A DNA stretch of 64,000 bases. Source: a virus. Below, one piece after another: positions 49,986 to 61,880 of this stretch. Within the stretch, counting starts at the first letter, position 1, and each line of letters starts with the position of its first letter. Below the pieces are notes generated by a model. The model did not search any database. It had not been told where the DNA came from and saw only the letters and a program-made list of their open reading frames with translations. The stretch is from IMG/VR virus record IMGVR_UViG_645058813_000002, positions 6,606 through 70,605 of that record; one strand, written 5' to 3'. The position numbers and the translations under genes are program-made.

Positions 49986-50729
49986 ATGAATATTGAGAAT
50001 GAAAACTTAAATAATTTGATAAAAGAAGTATATGATAAAGAAGAATTTATATATATTGATGAGGAAATAAATAAGGAACATGGATTAATGAATGAATCAC
50101 CTGCAAGATTAGCAGAAAATAAAATATTTATATTAAAGACACTAAGCAATGAAGAAAAAATGGAAGCAATAGCACATGAAGTTGGACATGTTTTATTGAT
50201 GAATAGGAAGTTAATAGGCGTTTCAATTTATCATTCATATCAACACAATTTTTTTGCAGCAATGTTAAATAATCTTATATCTCATAAAGAACTTATTGAG
50301 GTTTTAAAAAATGAATTCAATATTGGTAGTATTATGCATTTAAAATTACAAAAGGAGGCTTTATTAAATAAATCTATAGAAAATAGAATACATAATGCTT
50401 CTTCTGAAGAAGAGTTATATGGAATAGGTTTTCAACTATATGATATATGTAGAACTACAGGAGAAATTTATAATGCTGAAATAGAGAAGTTGATTAATAG
50501 TAATGAGTGTGTAAATAAGTCTTTTAAGGCATCGAAAATGTATTTAAATGATATAAACAGTAGTATGGATGAAGAGGAGCAAATTAAGAGAGTAATATAT
50601 ATGTTTAAAGAATTAAGTATGCTGGAGTTAATAACTTCATTTGATTGTGTTGATGTATATATGAAAGAAAATGTTATAGATTTAGTAAAACAAAAAGTAG
50701 GTGAATTATTTAGGGAAAACAAAATATAA
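49986..50729 (+). CDS. HExxH Zn-metallopeptidase-like protein
   Basis: EAIAHEVGHVLL. Confidence 0.7.
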   Translation: MNIENENLNNLIKEVYDKEEFIYIDEEINKEHGLMNESPARLAENKIFILKTLSNEEKMEAIAHEVGHVLLMNRKLIGVSIYHSYQHNFFAAMLNNLISHKELIEVLKNEFNIGSIMHLKLQKEALLNKSIENRIHNASSEEELYGIGFQLYDICRTTGEIYNAEIEKLINSNECVNKSFKASKMYLNDINSSMDEEEQIKRVIYMFKELSMLELITSFDCVDVYMKENVIDLVKQKVGELFRENKI

Positions 50730-51200
50730 AATAAAAATGTAGAATTACAACCAATAAAGTTTAGTTAAATTAATGATTTTATTAAAAAAAGGGAATTTAT
50801 GAAAATAAATATATAATTCATTATGGAGTATAGATACAATTCTAAAGTAGTGTATATTTTGCTTAAAAAGTATATTACTTTAGATTTTGTCGTCTCTTAC
50901 TATATTATAACTTATAGAGTAAAAAATAGAGTATTAATAAAAAAATCAGTGAATACTAAAAAGGACTGGTTTATTCAATATTGAAATATTTAGATGGCAT
51001 GAAAATGAGTGGTTTGAATATTGAACAACAGTTAGAGATAATATTTCTATAATAGATACAAGTAAACATGCTATATAAATTGCTCTATAAAAATTACGCA
51101 ATCTAACTAGGAAAGAAATTATTTTCTGATTTTTAATTTTACTAGAAGTTTCTGAAGTAGCGTTTTAGTTTTATTTTTCTCCAAGGCATTAATCTTTTTT

Positions 51201-51769
51201 CTAAATTCTAACTTTCTTTCTTCTTTTTTTTCCCTCACAATAATAACAGGAATAATCTTCAGAGGTTAAATCATTAACATTTGCAGGAAGTGGAATACTA
51301 AGTTTTGATGATATACATGCTCTTTGTTGACCATCAATAAAGTCGTAGTGGTTACATTTATAATGATAAATACAAATAGCAGTATTGAAACCATTTTTCT
51401 TAATAGAATCTGCTAAGTTCCTGCAATACAAGATACTATTTGATTTTGAATTAATGTATTCAATAAAGTCATCATAATTTTCTGCAAGCCATTTTGTTTC
51501 AGTAAACTCTTTTTTGAGAATATTATCTATATCATTTTCGTGATATCTAAGGAACATATACCAGTTAACAAGTAATAACATGATCCATTACCTAAGTTAA
51601 AAATAAATTCTTTATCCTTAACAGTAAAATTTTCTATATATTTTTCATTATATAAAAATGAAGGATTCATATATTGGTATTTTGCAAATGTACTATTAAT
51701 GATTGCATCATAATTTTCTGTTGTTATTTCTTTTCTAAATAGTCTATCTCCCAAATCACCCATATACAA
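51201..51769 (-). pseudogene. Frameshifted gene with ParB/Srx-like C-terminal motif
   Basis: Two overlapping ORFs (51527-51769, 51201-51581); SIKKNGF...YDFIDGQQRA. Confidence 0.5.
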
Positions 51770-52178
51770 GTGAATTAAAATAGTACCTATTTTTCATGAA
51801 GTAATTAAATTTGAAATAAGACTTTTTTATCTAAATTATGAGGGATAGATTCATTGTGATATGACCTTGCGATACGGTCCAATTTATTTAAGGTTGTCAT
51901 ATTGCTTTTCAATTCGTTAATCAGTTCAAGAGTCTCTTCTTTATTCATATCATCATACTCCAATACACTGTAAATGTATTGCCTAAATGTTGAAATATTA
52001 CTTTAAATCTTTATTACTAATTGAATTTTAAATGTTATGATGTGAACTTTATATGTTAATTGAAAGCATATGAAGTAAGTATTTTGTCTATTTTTATTAT
52101 ATTTTAGAAAGGATATTTAAGAAAAATATGGAATTAATTGAATTATGAAAAAGAATTGTCTCATAAGGAAGTGTAAAT

Positions 52179-53472
52179 ATGATGGATGAAATCATTACTG
52201 TTGAGCAGAGAGAAAAATTATATAATGAGATTTGGGAAGAACCAATAGCAATTGTCTCCAAGAGATATGGTATGTCTGATATGACATTAAAAAAACGTTG
52301 CAATAAGTTAAATATACCGCTTACACCAAGTGGATATTGGAAAAGAATAAAGTCTGGACAAAAAATTGAGAAATCACCTTTATCTAAAGTTTTTAGAAGA
52401 TATGTGGGATTTGTTCGTAAAAGCAAGATTAACTATATGTATAACAGTACAGAATTGTCAGATGAAGATTTATCAATATTGAAAGATCAAGAATTAAGTC
52501 TCTTAACTGAAGAATCTAGGGTTATTATACAAGAAAAATGCAATAAAGTAATAGTTAAAAATCAATTGAGGAATCCACACCAACTTATACTTGATCATCA
52601 AGATGAAATGTTATTAAGAAAAAAGAAAGAAAAAGAATTTAAAGAAAAAAAATTATCTTTTTAATAGATATTATGATGAAGAAATACTCAAAAGAAACTT
52701 TAGATCATCTCTTCCAATTAGTGTTTCTGAAAATAATATAAAAAGGGTATATCGTATATTAAATGCTTTATTTAAGACAGTAGAAGAACTAGATGGAAAG
52801 GTAGTAGTTGAGCCTTATATGGGAAAAGATGTTGCTCATATTAGAGTTGGCGCACATTCTTATAATATTGAAGTAAACGAAAAGTGCAAGAAAAATAATG
52901 GGAAGGCTTATAAAACTAAAAAATATACTGACCAAAATGGTATATTAGAAGTACATTTTTTTAGTAAAGGTAGTTATGGTCAAGAATTGGAGAGAAATCT
53001 AGAATACATAGACTCAGAACTTAATCCTTTTGAAAAACAATTAAATAAAATAATATATGATTTATTTGTAACATCAAATGAGTTAGATATTTTAGAAGAA
53101 ATAGCGGATAGACAAATTACTAAAAGATGGGAAGAAGAAGCAAGAAAAAAACACTTAGAAGAAATAAGAAAACTTGAGTTAGAAAGAATTTCAAAACTAG
53201 AAATCATAGTCTCCGACTGGGATAAAGCGCAGCGAATTAGAGAATTTGCTAATAGTTTAGAAAAAAACATAAGTAAAATGGCTGTTGATGTTGTTGAGAA
53301 AGAAAAACTATTGCTATGGATAAAATGGATTAGAAATAAAGCAGATTGGTTTGATCTATTAGTATCAGATGAGGATGAAATATTAGGTAAAAAATACGAT
53401 ATACATAACATTTTAAAAGACATGGATATATCGGAAAGTAATGATAAAAAATGTTTTAAAAATAGTAAATAG
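52179..53472 (+). pseudogene. HTH-containing hypothetical protein split by a 1-bp insertion in a T-run at 52658-52662
   Basis: REKLYNEIWEEP...KRYGMSD...GYW N-terminus; frame from 52663 is open into ATG 52819. Confidence 0.75.
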
Positions 53473-53487
53473 TAAATAGTAAATAGT
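53460..53487. repeat. Heptamer microsatellite AAATAGT x4
   Basis: Read directly. Confidence 0.85.
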
Positions 53488-53629
53488 AATAAGAGACTAA
53501 GTGGGGAAGACAGAGAAAATATTGTTAGACATATATAGTCTTTTTTATAGTATTTTTACAAATAAACCAAAATTTAAACGAAATATGGCAAACTGGAATT
53601 AATGTATTAAAAAAGGAGGCATTGAAGTA

Positions 53630-54574
53630 ATGATTAAGACTGAATTTGGAAATTTTGATGGAGATAGTTGGGAAGATTTATGTCAAGTTTGTTTTCAGTT
53701 AAAATATGAAGATGAAGGTTATCAAGAAATGGTTGCGTATTCGAATGGAGACTTGGGTATAGAAGGATTTACAAGAACAGGAAAAGTATTTCAATGCTAT
53801 TGTCCCAAAGCACCGTATGAAGCGGATGAATTATACGAAAAGCAACGAGAGAAAATTAATAAAGATTTAAATAAATTAATAAAATATAAGGATGAGTTAA
53901 GGAAATATTTAGGGAATGTAAAAATAAAAACTTGGTATTTTATTACACCATATTTTCATAAAAAAGATATTGTAAAATATTGTGTTAGTAAAGCAAAAGA
54001 TATGAAAGAGTTAAAATTAGAAATTCTAGATGAGGAATTTGATGTACTAATTAATAATGTAAATTTTATTGCTAGAGAATTACCTGATGCTTTAAATATG
54101 AAGAAGATTAAAATTAATGTAAATCTTGGTGAAGAAATAAATAATAAGGATATAGAGGAATTTAAAGAAGCAGATATTGGAGGAATTAATAATTTAGTTA
54201 GAAAAAGTACAAGTTTAATAAGTAAAGAAAAGGTTCGAAATAAGTATATTGAAAAACAATTGACAAATTATTTAAAAGGCAAGAAACAAATGGATTTATT
54301 AGATTAACATTTCAAGTTTATGTATGAAAAGATAATAAATATTTTATCATCATTTGAAAGTGAAGTTGAAGATATTTGCATTTATGAAAGTGAAGAGAAG
54401 GATGGAAGAGAAATTTTAAATGTAATTGAAAAAAAGTTTGATGAGAGACTTGTTTTAGAAATAGGAGAAAATATAGATAGATCATTAATTGATTCAATAA
54501 AAAGGTATGCAATCTCAGATTGGTTAATAAGATGTCCATTTGAAATTGAAGTAGAGGAGTGTAGTGGTGAATAG
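53630..54574 (+). pseudogene. lmuA: Lamassu effector LmuA (restriction-endonuclease-like + ABC-3C C-terminal domain), in-frame TAA at 54305-54307
   Basis: GDSWEDLC...GDLGIEGF...FQCYCP nuclease; 54320-54574 is in the same frame and ends LIRCPFE. Confidence 0.75.
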
Positions 54575-54989
54575 AAAGATTATTGTTAAATTGAAGTCTA
54601 AGCCAATATCTATATCTCCAGAATACAGGTTAGAGTATAAAATATGTATGCTTGTGATAATTTTACATTTTTCATGTAGAAATAGTAAAGGTTCTGTAAA
54701 TAAAATCAATTATATTATGAACTCATTATATACTCATAAATCAATGGTAGAAATGGAAATGTCTCGAAAAGCATCAAATATATACTCCGATTTTGATAAG
54801 ACATTGAATAAAGTTCTAAATATTGCTGTACTAAGTGATATTGTTGCTATAAATGATGGACAAATATTGCTACTAAATAAAGGAGAAGAATTAATTCAGT
54901 TAATAATAGATAATGAACTATTTCTAAATGAGTTGAATTTATTAAAGAATAAAAAGAAAGATTTTATAACAGAGGGTGCTTTAAAGTGA
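54564..54989 (+). CDS. lmuC: Lamassu LmuC (ABC-three-component middle component)
   Basis: 141 aa between nuclease and SMC gene; KPISISPEYRL. Confidence 0.7.
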   Translation: MVNRKIIVKLKSKPISISPEYRLEYKICMLVIILHFSCRNSKGSVNKINYIMNSLYTHKSMVEMEMSRKASNIYSDFDKTLNKVLNIAVLSDIVAINDGQILLLNKGEELIQLIIDNELFLNELNLLKNKKKDFITEGALK

Positions 54990-54998
54990 GGTTATTAA

Positions 54999-57005
54999 AT
55001 GTTAAAAGTAAATAAATTGGTGATAAAAATATATTATACAGATAACAAAGGTAATACAAAGTCTATTTCTCCAGTCTTAGAATTTAAAGATGGAGTGAAT
55101 TTTATTTGGGATAAGGGAAAAAATTCAGTTGGGAAAAGCACATGTATAAATTCAATATTTTATGCTTTAGGTATTGAAGAATTGTTAGGAGCCAAAGGTA
55201 GTAATACAATGAAACCTGTGCTTAATAGAAAAATAGAACTAGATAATATTGAATATATTGTACAAGAAACATACATTTTTCTTGAAATTAGTAATGGAAA
55301 AGAAAATGTTACTATAAGAAGGGCTGTAAAAGGATTAAAATATGATACTAAATTAATTAGGATATATAAATCCAAAATAATTCAAATGAATAAGGAAGCG
55401 AGTTATGAAGATTATTTTGTGCATGATTCTGGTGCAGCACAAAAAGATATAGGATTTCATAGTTTTTTAGAGAGATTTATAGGGATTAATTTACCGACAG
55501 TATCCTATAATAATGATAGAACTGGAAAATTATATTTACAGGCAATTGCTAATTTATTTTTTATAGAGCAAGTAAAAGGTTGGACTGGATTTAATGTACA
55601 AAAAGTTTATTATGGTATAAAAAATGTTGAAAAAATTTCTATTGAGTATATTTTAGGTTGTGATATCACAGATGTTGATGAAAAGAGAAATAATTATAAA
55701 ATTCAACTAAAAGAAGAAAAGGATAAGTGGAAATGGACTAATGAAAAAATAATAGAAAGATTATTAACACTTGGAGACGAAATAGAGGGAGTGCATGAGA
55801 AGTATAATAATTTTGATGGAGATGATATAGAAAATATAAGGGTCTCAGGAAAATCAATTAACCAAATTAAGAAAGAGTTTATTGATAGAATTGATGATAT
55901 AAATAGACTTAAAAGCAAAAGTATAAATGAAAATATTGATTATATATATAATGATTTGAGTGAGTATGAAATAGAATTGGATAATAATCAACGTAGTGTT
56001 GAAGAGTTACGAAATCAATATAGTATAAAAAAAGTATATCATGAAAATTTAGAAGAACAATTGAAAGAGATAGAATTAAAAATAAGAAGATATGAGGATA
56101 TAGTTAAACTAAGAAAATTGGGCTCTGATAAACAGTTTAGTTTTCTTAAATCAAGATGTCCAGTCTGTGATAATAAATTGCAAGAAAGTCTTTTGCCAAA
56201 AGAAATTAATGTGGATATTATGAGTAATGAGGAGAATTTACTTTTTATTAAGGATGAAAAGAAGATTATAGAGGTAGCAATTTCAGATTGTAAAAATTCT
56301 TTAAGTGAATTTGATATGACGATTAAACTAAAAGAAATAGAAATAAATGAATTAAGAAATAAAATAAGAATTGCTAGAAGAGATTTGGTAGAAGTTGATA
56401 ACTTGCCTTCTGAAGACATTATAGGAAAGAAATATTTGTATAAGGAAAAACTTAATAAAGTAGTAGATGTTGAAAATGACGTTGAGAAATACTGGAGTGA
56501 ATTAAAAGTTATATATGATAAAATTAATCAAATAGATAAAAATATCAAAGATTTACCAAGTTCTGGTTTAAGCGAAATAGATCAGAAAAAAATTTATAAA
56601 TTTAAGAATAATTTTAGAAGATTATTAAAAACTTTTGGATATAGCAGTACAAATGTTGAAAGTATTAATTTATCAGAAGAACGATATGCTCCAGTTTCAG
56701 ATGGATTTCATCTTATGTATGATTCTGCTGGAAGTGATTTTATTAGGGCAGTTTGGGCATATTTAATATCGTTATATATGACAGCAAAAGGGAAAGGAAA
56801 TCACCCAGGAATATTAATTTTTGATGAACCATTTCAACAACAAGTTTCTGAAAGTGCTAGAGTGGAGTTTATAAATGTATTAAGAAGTATGGGGGGACAA
56901 ACAATAATTGCAACTTCATTACAAAAAGATGAAATGGAAAAATTATTGAATGATGAAACTAATTTGATAACTATAAATAATACATTTATTGAATTATCAA
57001 ATTGA
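54999..57005 (+). CDS. lmuB: Lamassu SMC-like ATPase LmuB
   Basis: NSVGKST Walker A, coiled coils with CPVC hook, ILIFDEPFQQ Walker B. Confidence 0.85.
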   Translation: MLKVNKLVIKIYYTDNKGNTKSISPVLEFKDGVNFIWDKGKNSVGKSTCINSIFYALGIEELLGAKGSNTMKPVLNRKIELDNIEYIVQETYIFLEISNGKENVTIRRAVKGLKYDTKLIRIYKSKIIQMNKEASYEDYFVHDSGAAQKDIGFHSFLERFIGINLPTVSYNNDRTGKLYLQAIANLFFIEQVKGWTGFNVQKVYYGIKNVEKISIEYILGCDITDVDEKRNNYKIQLKEEKDKWKWTNEKIIERLLTLGDEIEGVHEKYNNFDGDDIENIRVSGKSINQIKKEFIDRIDDINRLKSKSINENIDYIYNDLSEYEIELDNNQRSVEELRNQYSIKKVYHENLEEQLKEIELKIRRYEDIVKLRKLGSDKQFSFLKSRCPVCDNKLQESLLPKEINVDIMSNEENLLFIKDEKKIIEVAISDCKNSLSEFDMTIKLKEIEINELRNKIRIARRDLVEVDNLPSEDIIGKKYLYKEKLNKVVDVENDVEKYWSELKVIYDKINQIDKNIKDLPSSGLSEIDQKKIYKFKNNFRRLLKTFGYSSTNVESINLSEERYAPVSDGFHLMYDSAGSDFIRAVWAYLISLYMTAKGKGNHPGILIFDEPFQQQVSESARVEFINVLRSMGGQTIIATSLQKDEMEKLLNDETNLITINNTFIELSN

Positions 57006-57157
57006 GTTATAAGTAAATGCAGGAAAGATAATGATTAAACTAAGATGAATAGAGAATTCAGTGATGTAGGCATTATAAGTTTATAGATAATTCAAGGAAA
57101 ATATTATTCAGTTTAATGAACTATGTATAATATAATTTTATAAGGAAGGTGTAAATA

Positions 57158-57449
57158 TTGGAAAGATTAGAAACAGAAATAATGAATAAATTAAATTTAG
57201 ACTCTGCTAAATATATTAAAAGTGATGATATAGCAAAATATTTCGTAGGTAGTAAGAATAGACAGCAAATAAAAATAAAACTAGTAAGTGGAAGAATTTT
57301 TATCAGAAATAAAGAAAATTGGGATTTAGTTAATGGGATGTTTATAGAGTAATGGTCAAAATGAAAAGTAAAGAAGAAATAATGAATGTGATAGCACATG
57401 ATATGGGTTATATTTTCTTGAAAAATAAGAAGTTACATGATAACTGTTG
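57158..57449 (+). pseudogene. Decayed remnant resembling the 49986 peptidase
   Basis: Fragment KSKEEIMNVIAHDMGYIFLKNKK vs SNEEKMEAIAHEVGHVLLMNRK. Confidence 0.4.
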
Positions 57450-57499
57450 ATTATTCAGATGAAATAATAGAAACATTATAATAAATAGGGAGAGAAGAG

Positions 57500-58657
57500 A
57501 TGATTGATTTTAAGCAATTGGAACAAGATATACTAACAAGAAATAATGCTGAAGTTTTTGAGAAATATTTACATATATTTAAGGAAGAAGTGAAAATTCC
57601 TACAACAGTAGTTTCTGTGAAAACAATAGGACTAAGGGGAAGAAAAAAATGTGATACTTTCAAGGTTTCTTTTGATGATTATGATACTGAGATTGAAGTA
57701 CCCTATTTTAAAAAAGCAATTGGAGTTCCACCAGAAGAATTAGCGCCTGGAAGTCGGTATAATAAAGATGGAATCTCTTATTTATATTTGACTTCCGATA
57801 TAGAAACAAGTATAGCAGAAATTCGATTGGAATTAAATGAAGTATGTAGTATAGCAGATTTTATGTGTAATCAGGATGGAATATATGTAGATGTTTTTCA
57901 GATGAAAGAGGATGTTTTATTACAAGACTTATATCAAATTTTAATGAACCCAAAAACTTGTAATGATAGAATTTATGAAATTACACAATGTTTATCGGAT
58001 ATATTTAAAGCAATGGGATTTGTTGGAATAGTATATCCAAGCACATTGACGCAAGGAAGAAACTTGGTGTGCTTTTATCCTGAAATGTTTAATTTTGTAT
58101 TGTATAGTGATAGAGTTTATAAAGGTGTATTAAGGGATTCAAGAATAATCCCAGTTTCTCAATTAGATCAATTTAAAAGATTCCCGAATTACAGGAAGGA
58201 GATGTATTCTTTTGGAGATACAGAAGAAAAGGAAGAAGCATTTGAATATATCCAAGATAAAATATATCATGAAGATGAGCAAAATTATAAATATAGGTGT
58301 AATGAAATCTTCAATATGCCACCTATTAATCAAGAAATATTATTAAATCAATTGATAAAGGAGTTTGAAAAAACACATTTAAGAAAAATTGCTTATCAAT
58401 TAAGAGGAACTTATTATATGAATCTTGGTGAATATAAAAAAGGTATATGGGATTATATTATTAGTTTGAATAGGTGTGAAAGTCAATGGGATACATTGAT
58501 AGAAAGTGTTAAAGAGGAAGTAATTAACAATGTAGCAATCAGTAATCAACATAAAGGGGAAGAATTGGATGAGAATATAAATGCAACTTGTAATGAGTAT
58601 TTTCGAGTATGTAAAGAAAGAAATAACCGAATAATAAGTTATTTGAATAATCATTAA
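57500..58657 (+). CDS. RES-domain protein with C-terminal TPR-like helices
   Basis: LRGR...GSRYNKDGISYLYL...SIAEIR...GIVYPST; AYQLRGTYYMNLGEYKKGIWDY. Confidence 0.8.
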   Translation: MIDFKQLEQDILTRNNAEVFEKYLHIFKEEVKIPTTVVSVKTIGLRGRKKCDTFKVSFDDYDTEIEVPYFKKAIGVPPEELAPGSRYNKDGISYLYLTSDIETSIAEIRLELNEVCSIADFMCNQDGIYVDVFQMKEDVLLQDLYQILMNPKTCNDRIYEITQCLSDIFKAMGFVGIVYPSTLTQGRNLVCFYPEMFNFVLYSDRVYKGVLRDSRIIPVSQLDQFKRFPNYRKEMYSFGDTEEKEEAFEYIQDKIYHEDEQNYKYRCNEIFNMPPINQEILLNQLIKEFEKTHLRKIAYQLRGTYYMNLGEYKKGIWDYIISLNRCESQWDTLIESVKEEVINNVAISNQHKGEELDENINATCNEYFRVCKERNNRIISYLNNH

Positions 58658-58809
58658 ATACAAATTGGATTATATTTTGAACAAAAAAAGAAGATTATGA
58701 TTAAATGTAAAAGAAGAAATTATTTTCCAGACTATATTTATGCCAGAAAAAGATAATTAAAAGGAGGATATAGGGGATATTAATAAAAAGAAATCTTCTA
58801 TGTAATTAG

Positions 58810-61761
58810 ATGTCAGAATTTTTATCACTTATTAGTAACAAAATTCGAATCGAGCAGAAAGAGGCTTTAGAAAAGTTAGATGAATATCTTTCAGATAATG
58901 AAGAAAAATCATTTGCATTAATAAAAATGCCAACTGGAACAGGAAAAACAGGTGTAATTGCATGTGTGTCACACGCATTTGATAATTATAAGAATATTTT
59001 AATTATTACACCTAATAACCAATTACCGAAACAAATTAAAAATGAAATTTCCTTAGATTTTTGGAATAAGATATGAATGTCGAATCTATGTTCGAAATGT
59101 AAATATAAAATAATTAAAGGTATTAGTTCAAATATAAAAATCACTGATGAAAGAAGTATATTTATTGTTACAATCCAAGCATTATTATCAATAAAAAAAC
59201 AAAGAGAACACCTATATAATAAGTTGAAAGACAACATTAATTTGATAATATTTGATGAAGGACATAGAGAACCATCGCTAAAATGGAGAAATATAATTGA
59301 AGAATTTGAAAAGAAAACTATTCTGTTTACTGCTACTCCATATCGGAATGATAAATTGGGGTTTAAAATAGCAAGTAGATATAGTTACTATTTATCATAC
59401 GGGAAGGCTTTAAAACAAAGATATATAAAAGATGTACAGTTTGAGGCAATTGATAATAGGATAATTAATGACGAAGAAGCATTTGCTAAATACATATGTA
59501 ATTTGCACAGTGATAATGAAAAAATAATAATACGAAGTGATAATTCGCAAGATATTGCTAGCATTGTAAATAATATAAATAACTTATGCATTAATGATGG
59601 TCTTAAAAGAGGTATTGCAGTTGGAATACATAGCAGTTTTAAGAATGAGGATTATTTTAAAAAAAATTATAGTGAAATATTAAAAAAAGAGTTTTCTATT
59701 TTTGTACATCAAAATAAAATGGTAGAGGGGATAAATATCCCTGAGATTAACAAATTATTTTTCCATCAAACCTTTAAAAATTCGAGATCAATAGTACAGC
59801 AAATTGGTCGAGCAATAAGGAAACTAGATAATAATGACAATCTAGCAACAATTTATTTACCTGAAGAAGAGAAGAAAATTTATGAGGAACAGTGGCAATT
59901 ATTCATTGAATATGATGAAAAGTCTGGTAGAGAAGATAATAAAACAGGATATTTCAATAATAGATTTATAAGGAAATTTGATTTACATAATAAAGATTTT
60001 TTTAAGCAAATATATGTGCCTAAATCAGCAGTTATATACCATATAGATAGTAAAGATATAAAGTTCAAGAAGATTGTGAATTTAATTCGAGACAAAATTA
60101 TTAACCAAATACATGTAGTTGATTATAATGAAAAAATTTTCGAGAAAAGGGACATGTGGTTAATGTGCTATAAAAAAGAGAAAAATGCAGATATTTTGTT
60201 AAATGAAATTTTCGTTGAAACTACACTGGAATGTGCTGTCTTAGTAAAAGAAGAAAATATGATTTTTTATTATGATAGTAGTGGATTTAGTCTGCCAGTT
60301 CATGAATTGGAAACGGCAGTAGATCTTGTTAATAGTAATGAAATTATAAAGTTGTTAAACGAGAATTGTGATTTTAATTCTGTAAAATTAAATAACATAA
60401 TTCTTTCAGAGTTTGGAATACGGGAAAATAACTTAGTTGGAAAGTCAATACAGAATGTTAATTCAAGTTTAACCGAAAGTCTTGTTACATGTACAAACGT
60501 ATCTGCAAATGTTGAAAGTAGAGTTAAAAGAGATATAAATGTCTACTCATCAAAAGTTAAGGACAATGAAAAATGTAGTTTTGAAGAATATATGCAATGG
60601 GTAAAGGCAATTTCTAAAGAAATATTAACTAATAATACTAACTCATATTTTAAGCGTTTTGCAAAGATAGTAAATAGTGCAGAAACAGGAGATGTATCAT
60701 CAATTTTATTAAACTTATCTGAATTAGATGACAACCTTTATAAAATAATTAGAAGCAATGGAGAATATGAAAAAATTAGTGATTTTAGCAGTTGTTTTAC
60801 CGAAGTATGCAATGATTCATTTAAATTTAATATAGGTTCAGATTCCATAGAAGGGGTCTTAAAAATATATACTTATCGAAAAATGAAAAAAATAAGAGTT
60901 GAACTTACTAATAACAATTATTATATAGATAATGACGGAAGTATGGTTTCACTTGTTAATTACTTGAATAATGAAAATAAATTCACGGTAATGTTTAAAA
61001 CTGGAATAGTATATATGGGCGGCAATTTACTTAACCCTAATACTATTTATAAAGAAATTGATTTAGAAGATACTAGCATAGGTAAAATAATGTATCCAAT
61101 TTCTGAATTAGAAAGTTGCGAAAATGAAAAGTCTGGAAAAAAAGTAAATGTAAATATAATTAACTGCTGGCCCAACGATTCGATATTTGGAGTATTAATA
61201 AATTTGATAAAATCCAAAGATAAGAGGCTTTATGATGGAGAGATAGATTATCTAGTTTGTGATGATTTAGATAAAGAAATTGCAGATTTTATAGCGATTG
61301 ATACAACGAAAAATAAAGTAATATTAATTCATTGTAAACATAGTGGTAAAGGTGTAAGTGCTTCAACTTATCAGGATGCATGTGGACAGGCTAAGAAAAA
61401 CTTGGCCTATGTTATAAGAAATACAATAGATTCTCTAGAAGATAAAGTTCAATTGCATATAAATAGGTGGAATAATAACCCATGGGTGGATAAGGATAAA
61501 AAAATAGAAGTGTCACGTATAATGACTGATAAAATAACTGGAGAAGATTTTTGGGAAAAATATAAAGAAATACTTACTAATATAAATAGCACAGTTGAAG
61601 TTTGGATATTTGGAAATTTAACATCATATGGCAAATTAAAAACGCAATTAAAAAACAGTAACCCAGAGGAACAAGTAAATCAATTAATGTGGTTGCTTAA
61701 TTCAACAAATGAAACAATTTCTCAAGTGGGAGCAAAGTTAAGAATATTTTGCATGCCTTGA
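58810..61761 (+). pseudogene. SF2 (DExH) helicase with C-terminal nuclease-like domain, in-frame TGA at 59074-59076
   Basis: MPTGTGKT before the stop; DEGH, TATP, QQIGRAIR after it; C-terminal DDLDKEIADFIAID...IHCKH. Confidence 0.85.
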
Positions 61762-61880
61762 TTTGCATACAATATTTATTATGAATTGGTGTGACTAATT
61801 ATTTGAAGTTCAAATAATGCGAAACTTAAGGCAGGGCATTATTAATTTAAAAATTATTTTAAATTACAGGGGGAGAATAC

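Noticed and set aside
51201-51581. DGQQR motif suggesting a third DUF262 gene
   Set aside because: Lacks the IPxxQR and downstream DUF262 motifs; better read as a generic ParB/Srx-like remnant
59074-59076. Selenocysteine recoding of the helicase TGA
   Set aside because: No obvious SECIS hairpin downstream and not a redox-type position; a nonsense mutation is simpler
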